Shown one piece after another: positions 36,321 to 49,103 of a DNA stretch of 64,000 bases. A model generated the notes under the pieces. That model ran no database searches, was not told where the DNA came from, and saw only the letters and a program-made list of their open reading frames with translations. Origin of the DNA: Eukaryota sp. GEM-RC1 (Eukaryota); NCBI GenBank assembly GCA_040285855.1, contig JAUFOQ010000002.1, positions 3,038,001-3,102,000 of the forward strand, written 5' to 3'. The position numbers and the translations under genes were made by a program. Within the stretch, counting starts at the first letter, position 1. The number at the start of each line of letters is the position of its first letter.

Positions 36321-37298
36321 ATGTCTCTAACTGGTTTTGATGCTTCCAGTGCCAAACTTTCTGCTATTCGAGCTGGATACTACAATGATCCTTATCTAGA
36401 ACTCTTTGTCCCTAAATCAAAACAACTACAATACGATCCTATAATGCATCGTGGTTACTATGTACGTGTGGCTTCCCTGCGAAAAACCTTTGATGACTTT
36501 GTAAAACTCCATAATGACAACTTTCAAGTCATTAATATCGGATGTGGTTTTGATACCGTATCACTTCGATATCTGCTGAATCCGTCAAATACCTCTAAAT
36601 CAGTCAAGTTTCTTGAAATAGACTTACCTGACATTGTTAGACGAAAGTCTTCCGTACTCATGACTCAATTTCAAGATTCCCTTTACTTAACAAAGACACG
36701 AAGTCCAACTGGGTTGTGTGAAGTTCATTCAGACAGATATCATCTTCTACCAGCTGATGCTGAAGACCCTAATACTATAGAGCAATGTTTTTCTAAATGT
36801 GGTATAACCTCTTCTCTTCCCACTTTCATTGTGTTTGAATGTTTATTAGTTTATCTTGATCCAGATAGAGTGGATTCCACCATTCGCTTTCTTTCTCATT
36901 TCTTTCAGTCTTCATTGGTGTATGTTTATGATCCTGTCCGACCTCACACCCCATTTGGTCGAAACATGGTTAGACATATATCCGATAAAGTTGGTACACC
37001 TCTAACATCTCTGGAGAAATACCCGAATCTTAATGATAATAGACGGAGATTCTATGAAGCTGGGTTTGAAAATGTAGCTTCTATGGATTTGTACTACATT
37101 GACGGTCTACTTCTTGATGATTCTGAACGATCACGTTTACAATCGTTAGAACCTTTTCCTGAAATTGAAGAGTATCAGTATATTCAGAGTCAATACATGG
37201 TACTAATAGCAGGACATAACCATGATCTAGGGTCACTTTCATTGAATTTGAAGCTCACTGACAAAGATGAACCAGGAATTCATAAAAAAGGTAATTAG
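36321..37298 (+). CDS. LCMT1: Leucine carboxyl methyltransferase (LCMT1/Ppm1-like)
   Basis: AKLSAIRAGYYNDPYL, PIMHRGYYVRV, QVINIGCGFDT, FLEIDLP, PTFIVFECLLVYL, PFGRNM, LEPFPEIEE. Confidence 0.92.
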   Translation: MSLTGFDASSAKLSAIRAGYYNDPYLELFVPKSKQLQYDPIMHRGYYVRVASLRKTFDDFVKLHNDNFQVINIGCGFDTVSLRYLLNPSNTSKSVKFLEIDLPDIVRRKSSVLMTQFQDSLYLTKTRSPTGLCEVHSDRYHLLPADAEDPNTIEQCFSKCGITSSLPTFIVFECLLVYLDPDRVDSTIRFLSHFFQSSLVYVYDPVRPHTPFGRNMVRHISDKVGTPLTSLEKYPNLNDNRRRFYEAGFENVASMDLYYIDGLLLDDSERSRLQSLEPFPEIEEYQYIQSQYMVLIAGHNHDLGSLSLNLKLTDKDEPGIHKKGN

Positions 37299-37442
37299 AT
37301 TTGGCATATTTATTGGTACAATTTATTAACTTAAAGGGGTCATCAAGACTGATCCCAAATGGTGATATCATCAAACACATCTCCACACACCCAGAACTAA
37401 TGGATAAGGTAGAATACAATAAAATTAGATTGAAGCAGAGTA

Positions 37443-37932
37443 TTAACTCATATACTTGGCCTTTAACTGTTGTAACAGTTGGTCTTTTTGAAGAGCTTCT
37501 TCGTCGCTGAGTCTTTTTAGGACCAGTGGCAAAAGTTTCCAATGGTTTACCTTCCCATCCATAATCCATACTGGACGTCACTGGACAATAATACTTACAA
37601 TTCGGGTCCATTGTTTGTAGTTTACGGCAGTCAGCCTTTGAGAGTTTGCCAACGGAACCAGTTAGAGACGATGTTTGTTCCAAGTTCAAAGGGTAGGTTC
37701 CAGACTGAAGCATTGCTGGATTGACCTTGTTTGTAGAGTTGAGAGGCTTTTTGAAGTACTTTTCCAACACTGGGAGATATTCGTTTTCAAAGCTTTCAGC
37801 GTACTGGAGTTCTGATTTTATACGTTCTTTCCAGACTTCGTTTTCATGTATGATGTTCTTAGGTTCAGATGGTTTGCGAGAAACTGTTTGTTTGGAGGAT
37901 GGTTTAGGTTTAGTAGATTGTTTTTCGGACAT
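37443..37932 (-). CDS. Small ciliary microtubule-inner-protein-like (FAM183/CIMIP1-like)
   Basis: IHENEVWKERIKSE and P-x-x-KY-x-x-PVTSSMDYGW motifs; end inferred after an A-run correction (...LKAKYMS*). Confidence 0.55.
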
Positions 37933-38183
37933 TTGTAAGGGTAAGGGGTGTAGTGAACGAAGATGTTGGGAAAAATTTCTTAAGCAACAAAAATTTCTGC
38001 AGTCACTAAAGTAAGAAAAAGCCGTTACTAATTTTGGTCTACCGTAGTGAAGCCTGAGTCTCACTCAAGGCTACTCCAATTATTGTATTAAATCATTAGT
38101 TGTTTCGGAATCGTATTCCAGACCACATATTACTTTGTACAATCCAGGTATGTCTAGAAAACTATTTCTTCGCAAACACACTA

Positions 38184-38749
38184 CACTCTTCACAACAATT
38201 AGTCTGAATTCAAAATTAGTCTGAATCACTTATTAGTCTGAATCACTTATTAGTCTGAATCAGACTAATTATTGTTTGACCGCTTTAGGAGTGTCCAATA
38301 TTTTTGAGTAAAATTGTGTTATAATCCCTTTTTAACTTTTCTTCCTAGACACTTTGGTTGAATTGCCCTATACAGCCCGTGTCATCCATTATTGGCACTT
38401 GCATGAAAGACAATACGGTCACTAATCAATTTTAAAGAGGCAATTTGATGGCCGATCAGTCCTGTTTCTGAATTGGTTCGGTCTTATACCTCTTAAAAGT
38501 ACCAACAACGATCCTGATGTAATACATAACATTTATGAAGACATAACATAAGATAGTTTTTGTGCTTCCGATATTCATTCAGACTAAATATGAATATTAA
38601 TATTCATAATTACTCTGATTCAGACTAATTTTCCCAGTCATTAATTAGTCTGAACCACTAATTACTCTGAATCAGATCAATTATTGTTTGGTACTGTTTC
38701 AATGGACATTCATAATTAGTCTGATTCAGACTAATTGTTGTGAAGAGTG
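38184..38749. mobile_element. Tc1/mariner-type MITE
   Basis: 25-bp TIR CACTCTTCACAACAATTAGTCTGAA; TA TSD; many ATTAGTCTGAATC internal repeats. Confidence 0.9.
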
Positions 38750-38911
38750 TAGTATATTGGACTTGATCATTATGGTAAGTAGTTTACTAACTAAGATTGC
38801 CATTATATCCGTATTATTGGAAAAATGTTCTAGTAGTTCGTTGCAGACTCCTACGATTAACATCTTATTCATTTCATTGCCGGAAAAAATGACAGCTTTT
38901 CTACAAAGAGA

Positions 38912-40325
38912 TCAAATATTTTTTAAAGGAGTCTCCTTCAAATGAGCAGGGAACAAAGATTCCCACATTTCAGGAGACAAGGATGATATCAAATCTTTAG
39001 CAGATTGAATCCAACAGCAATTACTAGAATTCAACAGATTGATTCCATCCAAGTGAAACCGTTTCAAAAATTCAAACATAAAATTCTTAACACCTCCTAA
39101 AAGAGCAGATGTCACAAAATTAAATTATCTCCATCAATAATGAAAATTACTGAAATTAATAAACGGTTCCATTCTGTTGTACTAACTGAATAACTAAAAA
39201 ACAATGAATGGTCAAACCTCAAAATATAGTAGTCTCAAAATGCAACTATCAGGCACTAATTCGTTTTATTTGACTTACCAGAAAGGGGTTTAGATTGGAA
39301 TAGAAATCAATAACTTGCTTAAATTCCGGAAAACTGGATTCTATAGCAGGTCTATCGGTAAACCCCAAACAATTCAAATGAAGAGCACCCATAAACAAAG
39401 GATCTCCAAATGAATCCAAGGTAGAAGTAGAATTAAGCAATGTGGGAATTCTATAACCATGAAACTTATGGCAAAACTCTAGACTCCAAGACATTGATAT
39501 AGGCCAAGTTTGTTTCGGAAATTCCAAGGTCAGCATCCAAAAGTAATCTTGATCTCCTCTTGTTCTATAATTAGTAACACAGGGTCAAAATCATACACGA
39601 AGTGAGCCTTTCTCCCAATCAATTCTTTAGATGGAAGACCATCTGGATACCGTTTGTTATAAGCAAATCGAATTCCATCATCCATCAAATTTGATTGGCG
39701 AATATCTTTAAAATTGAAAAACAGAGTTCCAGAGCACTTATACTTCATGTGAGACACTTTAGACTTAACGTTATCAAACTGATAAGCCATCGCTAACCCT
39801 CTCTTATCTTTTCTCATTTCCTTTAACAGTGATTTAAAGTAAGGGCACGGATCAGCAGTTACGATCATGTCAGTGTCAAGAAAAAGACCATGATCTAGTT
39901 CAGGCCAAATCTTGTCCAGGAGTAGCTTGGAGTATCCATAAGGTCCTGAATGATGTTCAAGCTCTAAATCATGCAGAGATTCTTCCACCCAGTCAATGTC
40001 CAGATCTTTTGTGAAGTGATTGAAGTTGTGAACTCCGTGGAACTGAAGGAGAGAGAAGTGGTGTTGAAGAGGAGTGGCAGAACCATGACCAGTTACGATG
40101 TGGAAGTGAATCGGACAAGATGAATGAAGTAAAATGCTGTTTATGAGTCTTATAGATTCATCTACAATGCCATTCTCCATTGATCCAGCGACTAAAAAGG
40201 ATATTGAGGGGTTTCTGATCATGGAAATGGGTTGAGAAGTGAGTGTAGACTAATGGAATTAGTGGGAGTAGTATGAGATAGATGAGAGGGTGAAGAGACC
40301 GACGCTTTGAATGAAGGGTTCTCAT
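38912..40325 (-). CDS. GT8 glycosyltransferase, LARGE/xylosyltransferase-like, type II membrane; multiple frameshifts
   Basis: Signal anchor KRRSLHPLIYLILLPLIPLVY; LINSILLHSSCPIHFHIVT; HHSGPYGYSKLLL; FLDTD (DxD). Confidence 0.8.
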
Positions 40326-40741
40326 GGAGATACCGGGAGATGATGTTCACTCATTAGTTGAGGGATTAAATAGATGCCTCATGGATTGTATACTGTTAAG
40401 AAAAAACGGGGTTTATTATCAATCAGTGAAATAAATGCAATTGCAGAAGTTAATAACTAACAGACACTAACTAAAGTATCTAAACTATGATCCTTCTGTT
40501 CATCACCGAACAACTTTAAGATGAATTGAATTCACCATTATTATGTAAATACAGGCTATGACTATCGTCGGGGTTCCAATACCAGCAAGGTCTTAATACA
40601 ACCATAGTCGAGGGTATGCTTGTATTGTTTCACAAAACATACTCACAGATTTCTTTTAAAAAATACTGATCTCCATATAGAACCGCAGAGATTCAAATTG
40701 GAATTATGTTTACAATAGGGAGATTTAAAGGACTCTAATAC

Positions 40742-41795
40742 CAGGAGTGTGTACTAGTATTATCGATATCTTTTATTTATCTTTTTGTTAGACAACTTCG
40801 ATAAATATATTGTCAGGAAATTTATCTTATTTATTTATCGACTATTGTACCATGAATCGATAAATATATCTTCGATAATTGAATGACATACAATACCAAT
40901 AGGAAAACACCGTATTTCATCATAATTCTATAAAGATATAAAGATATCTATATTAATCAAACTACGTTTACTATGCTTAACGCAGTTCCAAGCACCATGT
41001 GTGTCTCTATACTCAGCTTTTGCAGGTGTTGGGGCAGAATTAGCTAGCCTAAAGTAGAAGTTGGGAACCTTGGCATTGCGTATCGCTTCAAGGTCTTTTC
41101 TGGACAACTCATGGGTCATGATGAAATTGTGCAGCATCAAACTTTCTTTTATCAGTAATTACTACAATTTTCAATACACCATTTGTTTCCAATTAGGCTC
41201 ACTATAAAATAGTCTCAGTGAGACTAATTACGATATGAGAGTTTCAATTTTGACCTCCCAAATAAGTACTACTTTGGTTGTTTTCAACGAGAAAGATGTA
41301 ACAAAGATACACTTAATTGAATGAGCTCTTAAAGTAAGAAAAACTTTTATACTGATAAGATTGACTTAAAACCCTACTTGAAAATTTGATTCCCCTCTCA
41401 CCAATCTAAATCTTTGTTTATGACTTCATTTGTAGCTTTAAGGCCCAGAGCATCTTCCAAGATCCAACTGAAGATGAGACTGGAGTTTGGTATGAATAGA
41501 GATTTGACCATTGATCTCCAAGAAATCGTGGAGAAACACAGATGTATTTAGCGAGACCGATACAAGTGCGAAATAGATAATCTCAGTGAGAGCAATTTGA
41601 ACAATCAGTGTACACGCTCCAGAGAAATCACTCACTGAAACCAGATAAATGGTGTATTTTGTCTCCAAATATATATCTTAATTTATCGCAATATATCGGA
41701 ATATTGTTGGAGACAGTCGATAAATATATCTTTCAGAATGGTCGGGTCGATAAGATATCGATAACTAGATATATCGTTATCGAACAAAATCTGTG
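40742..41795. mobile_element. Decayed DNA transposon with TATCGA repeats at both ends and a Harbinger-like LHNF fragment
   Basis: Clusters of TATCGA/TCGATA at 40760-40880 and 41680-41785; MLHNFI on the minus strand. Confidence 0.4.
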
Positions 41796-41799
41796 AGAA

Positions 41800-42200
41800 A
41801 TTGTTGACCGAAGCAACCAAACGTTCCATAAAGAGAAATAGCAAAAGGATGGAAAACAAAAGGATTATGTCGGCGAGAATTCATCTTGGAAGTTAATTCG
41901 CCACAACGATTTAATTTTTACCTTTCAGCAGTTTCAAGAGCTGAATAGTTTTCGTCAAAAATTTTGTAAACAGAAGTTAAGTTACAAGGATCAACAGTAG
42001 TAAAGTCCATAATTATTTCTTGAGAGGACAACCAAGGACCAATCAAATCACCTCTCCTCTTATCTCTCATAATTGAGTCAGACAAACTATTTAAAACTGG
42101 TTCGATTTTCCCATGGAAACCATTGCTCTTACACAATTCTAAACATTGATCACGTAAACTGTTGTGAATAATTGATCTTAAATGAATAAACTTATGATAC
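41800..42200 (-). mobile_element. CRE-like RLE fragment (distinct subfamily)
   Basis: IIHNSLRD..CKSNGFHGKIEPVL...RRGDLIGPW...MDFTTVDPC...AE, FHPFAISLYG. Confidence 0.8.
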
Positions 42201-42404
42201 TTTTGTATGATAAATGGGAATATTCCCTAAATTCTAGTATCGCCTGCTCACCTTGGTTCCACAGTTTCTACTAATGTCATATTAGTATTCTAAACCGAAT
42301 GTTTGTCTTCGACAAGGCACTATTTTGACAAGTACAAACGACGATAATCGAGAAATTCTTTTTCAGACAGATAACAGCTAACCTTTGGCCAAAACGATTA
42401 CATT

Positions 42405-43881
42405 GTGATTCATTTATGTAACCAGAATGAGGTACAGTACATGTATTCCTTTTTCTCCAAAAATAATAAGGACATAATCAGTGAAATACACTTTGCTCCA
42501 CCGTTAATGCAACAGTTCGACATTGAGACCCTCACACTCTTTTTAGAACCTGTATTACTACATCTACCGTTACCCAAGACGGTCTATATTCGTATTGTCA
42601 GCCAATCTTTCTCTACTGTAGTAACTGACCTTCTTTCAGACAAAACAACTCTTGATGTTGATATTGATGCTCCCCATCTTTCCTGCTTCTGGTATATCCG
42701 AAATTATTGCCCTCACATTGATAAAGTTATCATGGGCTTTTTCTTTCTTTGATTACAAACTTTTATCAAATGCCATCGTTAACTATCTTACAGGTGTCCA
42801 ATACCTGCTTTCTACAAACACATATAAATTTAGAAACTTTCGAAGACAGCACGTCCAGCTGTTCAACTCAGTTGGTATCATTCACGATATACCATACAAA
42901 TTTGCTCACTTTTTAGAAGCTCCTGTTAGTTGCGTTCGTTCCCTCGAGATTTCTGTTGATGAATTTCCATCTGCTATTACCTCACTTGGATTACTTGTTA
43001 ATGTTCAAACTGTAGTTCTGGCTGGCTTTGATAAGTTTTCCAATAATTATCGAACAATTGATTACCCAACGGCAACTTCATTTGTCCAAGCTCTCCCTGG
43101 ATTATCAAGCCTTCGCTTAGTTAGAAAGAGTAACGGTACGGAGGTCTGCTCTGTCGTCCTTGCAGATTCTTCCTATCGATTCCTTCTCAGCAATATTCTC
43201 TATATAGGCAGCCACTCAGACATCAATCCGCATGATTTCGTCCAGTCTCTTTACAATGTGCTTCCAGGATGTGAAGCCTTTTCCCTCAACATCTTCCTTC
43301 GTAACCTTATTGACATCCCCGTGCCTCTAATGCCATTAATGCAGAACATTTCTCTCTCCATCTCAAATGATAGTACTCTAGCTTATGTTCAGTCTGCTTT
43401 GGCACACAACCTTCCTCAACTCTCTATACTCTCCCTCATCACACCACCAATATCCAAGTTCCGAGACCATCTTTCCATTGCTAACTCGTTTCCATACAGT
43501 CTACGCTACCTCCGCATCTCTGACGTCTTTACTGCTTCCAACATTGCCCTACTTTCAAAGTACTGTCCTAAACTCATTGAATTAGATTTAGACGGTGAAG
43601 TCCTATCTTTCACATCTCTTCTCCTTCACTTCCCTCTTCTTAGACGGTTAGGAGTATCCATGGGTACCTTTTGCTTTGATCATGACTATGATACACCAGA
43701 TTTACATGATCATCCACTTCAGTTGGTTGAGTTTGCAAAACAAGTGGTGACGACATCATCTGATATTTTGTCTGTTGTTTCTGCGTGTAGAAAGCTTTCA
43801 GGAATTATGATTTCTGGTAGGTATTTTCCAGCACAGAGTTTGATAATTAAAGATGTAGACAATAGGATGGAAGTATCATGA
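42405..43881 (+). CDS. Leucine-rich repeat (RNI/F-box-like) protein; frameshift near 42740; start uncertain
   Basis: LRYLRIS, YCPKLIELDL, FPLLRRLGV, ACRKLSGI repeats. Confidence 0.6.
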
Positions 43882-44197
43882 TCAATTAGTATCAATTAAA
43901 CTCGTAAAGAAACTGAGTTTTGGTGGTGTGTATTTCTTTTGATGTATTTTGAAATTGTCTGGTTATAGGTTCCGTTGATGTTGTATTATTGTCGATTTGA
44001 AGAGTTGAATCATTGGTCACTACGTTAGTTTATCACATAAAAATTGTACTTTTTATCTCCTTTCATTTCTACCATGAATACTTAATAGTATCTCTCGAGT
44101 TTGTCAGTAGACCAACGAGGAATAAGACATGGACTTATTGGACTTTGTCTTTGTATATTATGGTTTTTGGAATTTTGTTATTTATGTTAGTCCTTAC

Positions 44198-44751
44198 CAG
44201 GCTTGTCACTTGATAAAAAACGTTTAACACGTATTTTGAAAAAAACGACGTTTTTTATTCCTGTCAACGTTTTTTATATTCTGGATTGGCACAAAAAGCA
44301 CGACTTCTACTCCACTTTTGTCTTTATTTGACAGGTGTTATTTCAGGTATGTTGTTTCTGAACAAACAAGACTGAAACAAGGCAAGAGTAATTGTTGGTG
44401 ACACTATTGCTGGTACAGTATATGCTCTTTGGTTCTGTATCTGAGTAAAACGGCCTTCAGGTACACTCGATCAGTGTTCTTGTTGCATATACCCCGTTAT
44501 CTTCCCGTCCTGACCACTTGATCATCGATAGATGAACACTATACTTCATCTCCATGGTGTTATGCTTCCAATCTCAAAAGAACATAGCTGCAATGATCGG
44601 TGTATGACAGATTTGGTTGATGAAAATGAAGTGAGAAAAAAGTGAAAAGTTGAAAAAAGTTGATCTGCCCTTTTTGAACGGTTTTTATTAAATTCAAAAA
44701 AACGTAAAAAACGTCGTTTTTTATTTTTGAGCAACGTTTTTTACAAGCCTG
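44198..44751. mobile_element. hAT-type non-autonomous element (CAGGCTTGT family)
   Basis: CAGGCTTGT[CACTTGAT]AAAAAACGTT / AACGTTTTTTACAAGCCTG; TSD GTCCTTAC / ATCCTTAC. Confidence 0.8.
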
Positions 44752-44996
44752 ATCCTTACCATAGTACGGAAAACACCGGGCGTGTTTGAACACGGTGTTG
44801 AGTGTGAACGTGTTCTGAACGTGTTGTAGTCTTTGAAGGGGTAGATGCCGTGTTATCGGACTATGGTCCTTACCTTTAAAATCAGACTGGTGGAGAATTA
44901 GAACATGACCTCTTCTACATTGTAGTTAGCAATTTCTCAAAAGTGTGCTTTAATCTCTCCACTGATCGCCCCTTGACATCAATAAGCTATTAGCTA

Positions 44997-45627
44997 ATGT
45001 CTCTCAACCCTATTTTATCTCACCAACTGCATGAGTTCCATTCTGTCCTACTGGACTCAATTTCTTTGTTCAAAAAACCGCTCAGTGTCCCCACAATCAC
45101 TTCCTCTTCTCAACAGGGGACAATGTCTCTAAGCTTTGACTTCATTGATGGTTGCATCACTAACTTAGATGTTGACCTGGATCTTAAGTCCAACAAAAAG
45201 AGGCTTGTGTTCTCATTCCCAAGATCTTTCTCTGTTCAATTTCAGAGTTTCGTGTCTGCTTTGGAAACAACTTCTGCCAATCTCTGCTAAAGTGACCAAG
45301 CTTCTCCACTCCTTTTGTAATGCTTCTGAAGACCCTCTTTCTTCTTCTTTCTTAACCTCATTCCAGTCTCATTTACTTCTTTCTCAAAGTTCCCTCTCAT
45401 TGGCAATTAATTCTCTGCAATCAAATGATTCTGAAGCCTTTGCACTGCCCTCGAAACATCTTTTGAGTTTTCAAACAATGTCTGATAATATTTTCATTTC
45501 ACTCAGTAATTCTGACCTTCGAGTTTCAACTAAACTTCTTCTAAAGACTGCTCTTCTGAAAAGGCTGTTGCTCTTGTCTGAACTTCTGAATGATCTTTGT
45601 CTAAGCATTGGTGAGTTCATGGAATAG
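44997..45627 (+). CDS. Hypothetical protein, possibly Rogdi/RAVE2-like; one frameshift
   Basis: Two overlapping ORFs; helix-beta-sheet-helix pattern only weakly reminiscent of Rogdi. Confidence 0.35.
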
Positions 45628-46056
45628 TCCTGACTTTTCTTGACTTTTATTGGATACTTTCTCAGTCAGATTTTCCATTGAACCTGTATTTAAATATTTT
45701 CTTCTGAAATATTTAAATTTTGATGTTTCGTTACAGTACTCTTTTTTCTTTGTTCACACTGACACGTGTTCTTAAGACGGTTACTTGTTCTGGATTTGTC
45801 TTCTAGAATATGTAACTAAAGGCGGTTGTGTTTTCTTTCAAGTAAGTCTGTACTTTTATCAAACGTTACTCAAAACTGTTTGAGTCAATCATTTGGTGTA
45901 GGATCAGTACTATAAGTGATGTAAGTATATCAAACTTCTAGACATTTTCACTTGAATTCATTACTAGAATTTCAATTAATTACTAGAATTTGAGTTAAAA
46001 CCATATGTTAACTGCAAATGTCTGTTGATCCTAATTTCCCCTTTTCTGAAATATAA

Positions 46057-46990
46057 CAGGGATGTCGAAAAATATATTGTAGTGTAATATATTGCAATAA
46101 TATTTATTGCAATACATATTGTGTCTGTTCAACTAGTACAATATGTTTATTGCAAGACTGAAGTTATTGCAATATTTGGACTCGTCTAAGTCACACAACA
46201 AGTTGGTTCTTGTGTTCTTAGTCTTTGAGAGATAGTAGAGTATGAGAATATACCAACTTACGGAGATCCAAATTGACGTGATGATCTCAAATCTTTGTGA
46301 TTTCATAGCAGAACACCAGTACAAAAACATTGTATGATCCTTTTTTTATATGGGAATATCACCCCTTCGGCTTACAGGTAACGTTAAAGGTAACGTCGCT
46401 TATCCCCGATCTTTGGAAGGTGAGCTCTTACTGCTTTACAACTACAACAAACAACATTGATGATACTTGTTCGTGCCAGAAAATAAGGAATTCGATGTTT
46501 ATAAACTTCAATATTTATAAAGAACTATTCTAAAACCTTTGTCTAACATTGAGACGAGAACACTATCAAATCTGTAATTTGGATATCGTTCTGTAAATCC
46601 AAATTGTTTGAAAAACTGATAATGATTTGGAGTTGAAACACGTGATCTATTTCTGTGTTGTTGCAATTTGTTTGTAGATTATTTTTGCTTCGTAAGAAGA
46701 TCAGCATCGCCCCAATATCTGTTTTCACCAACAATAAATCTTTCTGCTTAGAAAATAATATATAATCACCCTCAATTTACTTACAGGAACAAGTAACGTT
46801 ATGCGGTTCCTTGTAGAACAATATATAATCTCTGTAGAGTTATAAGGGAATATTGCAGTATATTACAGCATATGTATTGTTACGGGCTACAATATCAATA
46901 TATTTATTGTAATATTCACAAAGCACAATATATTTATTGCATTATTGAAAACGTACAATATATATTGCAATATATTTTTCGGAATCCCTG
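46057..46990. mobile_element. hAT-type non-autonomous element (CAGGGATG family 2)
   Basis: CAGGGATGTCGAAAAATATATTG / CAATATATTTTTCGGAATCCCTG; ATTGCAAT sub-terminal repeats; flanked by a ~52-57-bp direct duplication. Confidence 0.82.
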
Positions 46991-47166
46991 ATGTTAACTA
47001 CAAATTTCATTTCTGTTGATCCGAATTTCCCCTTTTTTGAAATATAAATCAGAGCGATACAACTCCAATACATTCTACTTTGGATGTAGTGACACTCAGA
47101 ATACAGCAGCCTGAAGAGTAAAAAACAACAAATTTATTATTAGCAGGTTAGGGAAAATTAAAATAA

Positions 47167-48405
47167 TTATTCCATCTTGTTGGTCTTAATTCTAGCTTGA
47201 ACTAGACCGTACAATACAGGATCCCGAATCCATGCTCTAAGCAAAAGATTCTGATGAATAGGAGTTCTGATTCCCAATCTTAGAAAAGTAGGTTGACCAT
47301 ACGACTCACAATGTCTTACAGGCAAACCAGCTTCCAGAGCGACAGACGTCATTCTTTCAGCAATATCAGCACGTTTACAGTCAACGTAAATCCAAGGAAC
47401 CCACATGGGAGAATTAGCATTAGGTTTCAAACCTAATCGTTTGAGCAACTTTTCAAACCGTTTTCTGTATCTTGGAACAGTAAACCAAGTCTTCTTCAAG
47501 TAACGGCGATCAGTAACAGCGGCAGCAATGAATCTTTGAGCTGGGATATTCACAGACCATGGGACTTGAATTGATTGGATGTTGTTAACCACAGTTTGGG
47601 TGGAAGCTACTGAACCGATACGGATTCCCGGGCAGGCAAACACTTTAGTCCAAGACACAATCACCACAATTCTATCAGGGTACTTCTCTACTAAATCCAT
47701 GACAGAATACTTTCTCCAATTAGGACCCCTACACATGATGAAGGACTCATCAACAATCCAAACACTACTAGTTGACTGGATCCATTCCTCCATTTTTTTA
47801 AGAGAGACATAATCTCCTGTAGGAGAACTAGGGTTGACAATGACGGTGTAATCAGCATCAGTGTTTTCCCAATCAACTTTGGTAAGTCCGTTGGCTTTGG
47901 CAGAACGTTCATATTCCATGAATTGGCAAGGCCAGGGACCAGGGCGCCATGTTGCACCAGGATTTCCACGGAGAACAAGGTCAATGAACTCAGATGCACC
48001 GTTGCCGAGGAGGATTTGGCTAGCAGGCCATTCAATGAATTTTCCAACAACTTGGCGTGCCTTGAAAGCATCCTGTTCGGGATAATGATCAATGAGACTG
48101 AGAGCATGTCTGGCGGCACGTAGTGCACCACGAGGAGGTCCTAAAACCGAAGTAGTGACGGAAAAATCGCAAATGAAGCGGTCGCCGAGCTTCTCCCACG
48201 ACTGCCCTCCATGAAATTCTTGAACTTGAACAGCAGATTCCTCGTCAAACTTGTGGTTGCGACGGAAACGTGGAACAGGCACGACACGCTTCAAAGTACG
48301 GAAATTTTGCACAGAAGTCTTGAGGGGGTTGCTGAGAAGCTGAAAACAACTACGCCAGAATATGGACCAAAGAAGATAACAGTAGAACTTAATCTGATAA
48401 AACAT
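47167..48405 (-). CDS. PLP-dependent class I/II aminotransferase-fold enzyme (CobD/HisC-like)
   Basis: FHGG, DFSV...LGPP, YPE, GNGASEFI, NPSSPTG, VDESF, SWTKVFACPGIRIG (PLP lysine). Confidence 0.9.
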   Translation of the reverse strand: MFYQIKFYCYLLWSIFWRSCFQLLSNPLKTSVQNFRTLKRVVPVPRFRRNHKFDEESAVQVQEFHGGQSWEKLGDRFICDFSVTTSVLGPPRGALRAARHALSLIDHYPEQDAFKARQVVGKFIEWPASQILLGNGASEFIDLVLRGNPGATWRPGPWPCQFMEYERSAKANGLTKVDWENTDADYTVIVNPSSPTGDYVSLKKMEEWIQSTSSVWIVDESFIMCRGPNWRKYSVMDLVEKYPDRIVVIVSWTKVFACPGIRIGSVASTQTVVNNIQSIQVPWSVNIPAQRFIAAAVTDRRYLKKTWFTVPRYRKRFEKLLKRLGLKPNANSPMWVPWIYVDCKRADIAERMTSVALEAGLPVRHCESYGQPTFLRLGIRTPIHQNLLLRAWIRDPVLYGLVQARIKTNKME

Positions 48406-49103
48406 CTTCAGAAAAAAGTAAAAATAATGACGTTTTGGTCTTCTAATGTCTCTTTTTTGTTTCCTCTAATCGCTTAGTTTTCTCAATGGGTATTCTTCTG
48501 AGGTTCTAGCAAACCAAGTCGTTCTTTTTAAAGGTCAACATCTGGCTATACAACATCGGATTCATATTATTCTATATCTATAGAGTTCGATCCATTAGGT
48601 CCGCGCATCACTTAAGAAAAGTCGACAAGATGACTGACTATGCGTTGTTAACCAAAAATCAATTCATCATTGAAATCAATTTTGGTCCAAATTTGCACAT
48701 AGTGAAACTATTTCGCCATACAAATACTAGTAATTAAATAGATCATTGGCTGGCCACTGACAAAGTTTTTTAGATCTTACACTCTACATTTATGCTTAAT
48801 ATTTTGGTCATGAAATTTGCACCTTTAGCATAGGAGTTTAAGTACTACTTCCACTTGTTGAAGACTTTGGAATATCTCTAAAAAATTAATAACTCAACAA
48901 CCAGTCAACTCTGACAACGTGGCACCACACTATAGATAAAACGCACAAAAATCGTACATGTATTTAGAAAACAATTTGAAATTTGCCACCCAAAGGTACG
49001 TCTTAGAACAAGAACCAATGTTTCCAAGTATAGACAAAGCAAAAGATAATAATAGTATGTGTTGTTGAATTTACGGAAGTGAGCATGAGGTACAAAAAGA
49101 AAA

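Noticed and set aside
37255..37440. Apparent 3' overlap of the 269-aa minus ORF with LCMT1
   Set aside because: Probably an artefact of an A-run indel; the corrected frame stops at 37443.
38184..38749. ATTAGTCTGAATC repeats resembling a CRISPR-like array
   Set aside because: Irregular spacing, both orientations, bounded by TIRs and a TA TSD: these are MITE sub-terminal repeats.
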